59,580 nucleotides of DNA from a virus. Its lineage: Duplodnaviria > Caudoviricetes. Positions 56,027 to 59,580 of the stretch are shown here, piece after piece (the first letter of the stretch is position 1; each line of letters begins with the position of its first letter). The translations under genes and the position numbers were made by a program. The notes beneath the pieces are model-generated. The model ran no database searches, was not told the DNA's origin, and worked only from the letters and a program-made list of their open reading frames with translations. Where the stretch lies: the IMG/VR virus record IMGVR_UViG_3300046167_000203, positions 1 to 59,580 of that record; one strand, written 5' to 3'.

Positions 56027-56995
56027 CTATTCTAAAATCCTAAAGGCACCAAAGGTGTTATAATAATTTGCTCTTTGTACAGAAGTAGTTCCAGTTCCTG
56101 CATAAATCCAAGGCTCTACATAATCACTAGTGCCATTAAAATCTATTATGCCACCACAAAACCCTGAACCAGTTTGTGAGCCATCATGTACGTTCATAAC
56201 CCAAGTTGAATTATTTTTACGGATAGCAACATAAAAGTGTGTAGTGCCTGATGTACCTACTCCCTCAAAATAACAGTAATACTTACCTGCTACAGTTGGT
56301 GTAAATCTACTATTAGCAAACATATTGTCTGTATCAAGTAGCACAGTTCCCATAGTTACTTTAGTCCAAGTACTTGCACTTAGAGATTGATTACTAACAG
56401 CAGGGTCAGGAGTTGCTGCAAAAGCAGGAGTCATTGATGAACTAGGAGTATCAGCAAATGATAAATTACCAGAAGCATCTGTAATTAATATTTTATTTGC
56501 TTGAGGTGCAGTTGGCGGAAAAGTCAATGTATAAGATTGACCTGCACCATGATTAGGTGATTTTAATTTAATGCCATGACTATTTTGTGAACAATTTAAT
56601 TGTAGTGTACCGTCTGTAGTTCCATCACCTTTAATCTGTAATCCTGCAACGGAAGATGTGCTAACAAAATTTGTCTTTGCACTTGTGATAGAATCATTAG
56701 CAATTTGTGATGTGCCTACAGATCCATCTGGGGGATTAGACGTTTGAATAGCTTGACCAAGAAATATGACATAAAAATTATCACTGGATTGTATTGCACC
56801 TGTCATTGATAATGTTGTACCACTAGCAGTATATGCTTCTGTGGGCTCTTGTCTTACATTATTTAAAAAGACTGCAAGGTCATTGGCATTAGTTACTGCA
56901 TTACTAAGTGTATAATCTGTACCGCCATTACCTGTAATATCTTGTTTAGCTAGACTAGTAAATGAGGCACTAGGTACGCTTCCTATGTATGGCAT
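56027..56995 (-). CDS. Tail fibre protein with C1q-like C-terminal head
   Basis: MPYIG start, VFLNNVRQEP, TPAFAA...RFTPTVAGKY...FNGTSDYVE. Confidence 0.75.
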   Translation of the reverse strand: MPYIGSVPSASFTSLAKQDITGNGGTDYTLSNAVTNANDLAVFLNNVRQEPTEAYTASGTTLSMTGAIQSSDNFYVIFLGQAIQTSNPPDGSVGTSQIANDSITSAKTNFVSTSSVAGLQIKGDGTTDGTLQLNCSQNSHGIKLKSPNHGAGQSYTLTFPPTAPQANKILITDASGNLSFADTPSSSMTPAFAATPDPAVSNQSLSASTWTKVTMGTVLLDTDNMFANSRFTPTVAGKYYCYFEGVGTSGTTHFYVAIRKNNSTWVMNVHDGSQTGSGFCGGIIDFNGTSDYVEPWIYAGTGTTSVQRANYYNTFGAFRILE

Positions 56996-57004
56996 ATTAT
57001 CTCC

Positions 57005-57331
57005 TTACGCACTAATTGCATCTACGGCAGACACCCAGACATCTAATCCTGCTGTTACTGAACAAGTAACTTTAAGAGCATCACCTGATTGCATGACTTG
57101 TTTAGCACCACCATCTAAAACCTGGAGTGATGATCCAACTGGAATAGGGGCACTAGACACAATCGTAATATCACTCGTTCCGTCATTTATAACTACAGTT
57201 GCTGTGACTTGAGTAGATGCTACATTAGCAACGGATATACCTATAAGAGTGTCATTACTATTTGCCGTTACAACAGTAACTGGACTTGTACCCACTGCGT
57301 TTGCTGTATATCTTCTAAAATCTTGAGCCAT
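57005..57331 (-). CDS. Small beta-rich virion protein
   Basis: 108 aa, PIPVGSSLQVLDGGAKQVMQSGDALKV. Confidence 0.65.
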   Translation of the reverse strand: MAQDFRRYTANAVGTSPVTVVTANSNDTLIGISVANVASTQVTATVVINDGTSDITIVSSAPIPVGSSLQVLDGGAKQVMQSGDALKVTCSVTAGLDVWVSAVDAISA

Positions 57332-57347
57332 AATTTTATTCCTTTAA

Positions 57348-58910
57348 TTAAAGAGCAATTCCCATTGCTATTACAAACCCTGCACTGATTGAGGAGGCAG
57401 GTGTTGTGTTGACAAAAGCCGAACCATTATATTCAAGTATCTGACCATTCTGTGGACTGCTAACAGTTACATCCGATAAGTCATTAGCTTCTGTTGTATC
57501 TACGCTGACAAATGCAGAACCGTTGTAAACTTTCAACTTTGAATCACTTGTGTTGAAGTATAAATCTCCAGAAGTTACATTTGAACTTGGATCAGAACTT
57601 AACGCACCATGATAGAGTTGATTAAAAGCATTGACGTTAGTCAAAGCCGATGTCACGGAAGTCATATTATTGCTGACATTTATTACCTCAGCACTATTAT
57701 TTGCCACGTTATTTACAGCATTTATATTTGTCGCAACCTGACCTATATTAGTAACCTCTGGAGCAACTATACCTATATTACTAACCGCAGGAGCAACCAA
57801 ATTAACATTGGCTATATCGTTTCCAACATTGTCTATATTTGTTATGGCATTTGCCACGGTGTCTATTTCAGACGTGGTTTCATTTAAATCGTCAGCCGCT
57901 GTCTGCACTTTTGCAATATTAGTTGCTACTGTCTGAAGTGCGTTATTACTAACAACACCTGCCACGGCATCTATGTTTGTTTGATTAGTTGCAACCGCAT
58001 CTATATTAGTTTGATTATTATTTACGTTTGTAATTTCAGTAAGTTTTGCAGCAACTGCGGCTACATTACCTTGAGTTGCATAATATTTTGCAGAGTAGTT
58101 TGAGCCTTCAACTGTATTAGCAACATTACCAGATCCACCAATTGCCCATTCTTTTGCGGATCCACCTGTCTGGTTGTCACCAATAGCATAGGCTTTAGCA
58201 GAATATTCATTACTGTCTGTGCCTGTCTGAACATCAATTACTGAAGTATTAGCCGCATTAGATGCCCATCTCTGTGCAGTTGTGTTGTGATTACTTGCTG
58301 TCGTTGCGGAACCAGATGCAGCAGTTGTGGCATTATTTAATTGTGTTGTATCTGAGATTGATGCAAAAACAAACATAGAAACAATGTCACCTGCTGCGGC
58401 AGCATTAGGTGCAGACAGTTCCACTTCATTATTTGGTAAATCTAAAGTATAGTCTGTTTCATCTAAAAAGTTATCATTCTTAAATACTTGTATACTACTG
58501 TCTTGTATAGACAGGGCAGTACCATTAGCATCGTTGCCTGAGAACACAGTCTGCCCTGATATCGCCACGAATTTTAGTCGTGTTATCCCTGATGTAGGTT
58601 TAGCAAATGCATTGAAGACAAAGACCACATCGTCTACGTCTGCGAGTGATGATGTACGACTGTGCCATGTAATGTTTATATGAGTACTACTGAATGCTAC
58701 GGTGAAGGTGTCTGTGTCATCTGTTAAAATTAAATTACCACCATTGACCAGACATAAATGTACACCAGTTGTTGTACTGAATGTTGTTTGATTGTCACCT
58801 GTCTTATAAGGAATTGACAGACTGTTCTCACCACTTAAATGGTTGAGACTTGTTGTAAGAGGATCAAAGAAACCGTCACCAGTTTTATATTTTGTTATAA
58901 GTATTGTCAT
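57348..58910 (-). CDS. Tail fibre protein
   Basis: YSAKAYA/YSAKYYA repeats, heptad NINAV-like shaft, GDLYFNTS..LKVYNGS, C-terminal IAMGIAL. Confidence 0.8.
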   Translation of the reverse strand: MTILITKYKTGDGFFDPLTTSLNHLSGENSLSIPYKTGDNQTTFSTTTGVHLCLVNGGNLILTDDTDTFTVAFSSTHINITWHSRTSSLADVDDVVFVFNAFAKPTSGITRLKFVAISGQTVFSGNDANGTALSIQDSSIQVFKNDNFLDETDYTLDLPNNEVELSAPNAAAAGDIVSMFVFASISDTTQLNNATTAASGSATTASNHNTTAQRWASNAANTSVIDVQTGTDSNEYSAKAYAIGDNQTGGSAKEWAIGGSGNVANTVEGSNYSAKYYATQGNVAAVAAKLTEITNVNNNQTNIDAVATNQTNIDAVAGVVSNNALQTVATNIAKVQTAADDLNETTSEIDTVANAITNIDNVGNDIANVNLVAPAVSNIGIVAPEVTNIGQVATNINAVNNVANNSAEVINVSNNMTSVTSALTNVNAFNQLYHGALSSDPSSNVTSGDLYFNTSDSKLKVYNGSAFVSVDTTEANDLSDVTVSSPQNGQILEYNGSAFVNTTPASSISAGFVIAMGIAL

Positions 58911-58956
58911 ATTATCCCTACTATACTATTTGTTGGTGTCTGTGTCTACGTCTGAT

Positions 58957-59580
58957 TTATTTTCCAAACGCCTTAAAGTTGTTGCCGCCAAACGCTTTAG
59001 TATTAAAATTAAAGTTAAAACTTTTGTTCTTTTTCTTTCTTCCCACGGAAGGAGCCACACTATCTAATAAGTCTTTTCTGTATTGACCAGATGTATTTAG
59101 AAGAGGCACTAATCTAGTTAACTGATCAATTGCTCTTCTGAATCCTTTGGCTCGTTCTCTATCATCGGTAGTAGATGCTTGAGTTAGACCTGATGCTATA
59201 GTTAATATTTTTCTTATGATATTGTATGTTGGAAGCAGACTATCGATAGGGTCAGGGTCTTGTCTTCCGTATTTTGATCCAACTACAAAATCTGCTATTG
59301 GTTGAAAAATACCGAAGAGTCCGCCTCTTTCAAACATGTTATAAATAAATCTTTCAACGTCTTCGTCTTCGCCAAAGGTTTGATTTAGATATGGATTACC
59401 TTCTTCTCCATAAGTTACCCACTCTCTAAATAAAGAAACTGCTGATATACCTGCGGCTGCTCCAATTAAAAGTAGTAACGGAGTTGGGTTCTTATTTACA
59501 AACAGTTCTTTTAAGTTTCTCTGTATGATTGTATTTGTAAATGTGTTTGTCCAAGTTTTAATATGAGACAATAAAGCAAA
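58957..59580 (-). CDS. C-terminal 207 codons of the giant ejection protein (continues from position 1)
   Basis: Frame is open to the window edge; the junction reads ...PSWMSDPR|FALLSHIKTWTN... Confidence 0.85.
   Translation of the reverse strand, partial: FALLSHIKTWTNTFTNTIIQRNLKELFVNKNPTPLLLLIGAAAGISAVSLFREWVTYGEEGNPYLNQTFGEDEDVERFIYNMFERGGLFGIFQPIADFVVGSKYGRQDPDPIDSLLPTYNIIRKILTIASGLTQASTTDDRERAKGFRRAIDQLTRLVPLLNTSGQYRKDLLDSVAPSVGRKKKNKSFNFNFNTKAFGGNNFKAFGK

Overview
This looks like a complete, circularly permuted, AT-rich ~59.6 kb genome of a temperate podovirus-like phage. The host is probably a marine alphaproteobacterium (inference). The two window ends join in frame inside a ~2,784-aa ejection/polyvalent protein gene that the ORF track mostly missed (7731->1, then 59580->58957, minus strand). 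Modules: virion morphogenesis on the minus strand (TerS, TerL, portal, scaffold, major capsid, adaptor, nozzle, GNAT, ejection proteins); a plus-strand early region (MoxR/CobS-like AAA+, CobT-like zincin-vWA, many small genes); a probable iteron origin; RuvC-like resolvase, AEP primase and SF3 helicase; SNF2 helicase, PD-(D/E)xK nuclease, putative SSB, PolA, class II RNR; a Cro/Xis/tyrosine integrase unit with an attP matching the 5' half of tRNA-Leu(UAA); and lysis and tail-fibre genes. The most striking feature is that five hammerhead ribozymes (two type III, two type I, one type II) punctuate the early operon. Four sit in a repeated intergenic cassette of GGGGCA hairpin, hammerhead, GACAGA motif and RBS; the fifth lacks the hairpin. 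The two type I copies could circularise the vWA mRNA. All family assignments are from motif recognition by eye, and no database searches were run.
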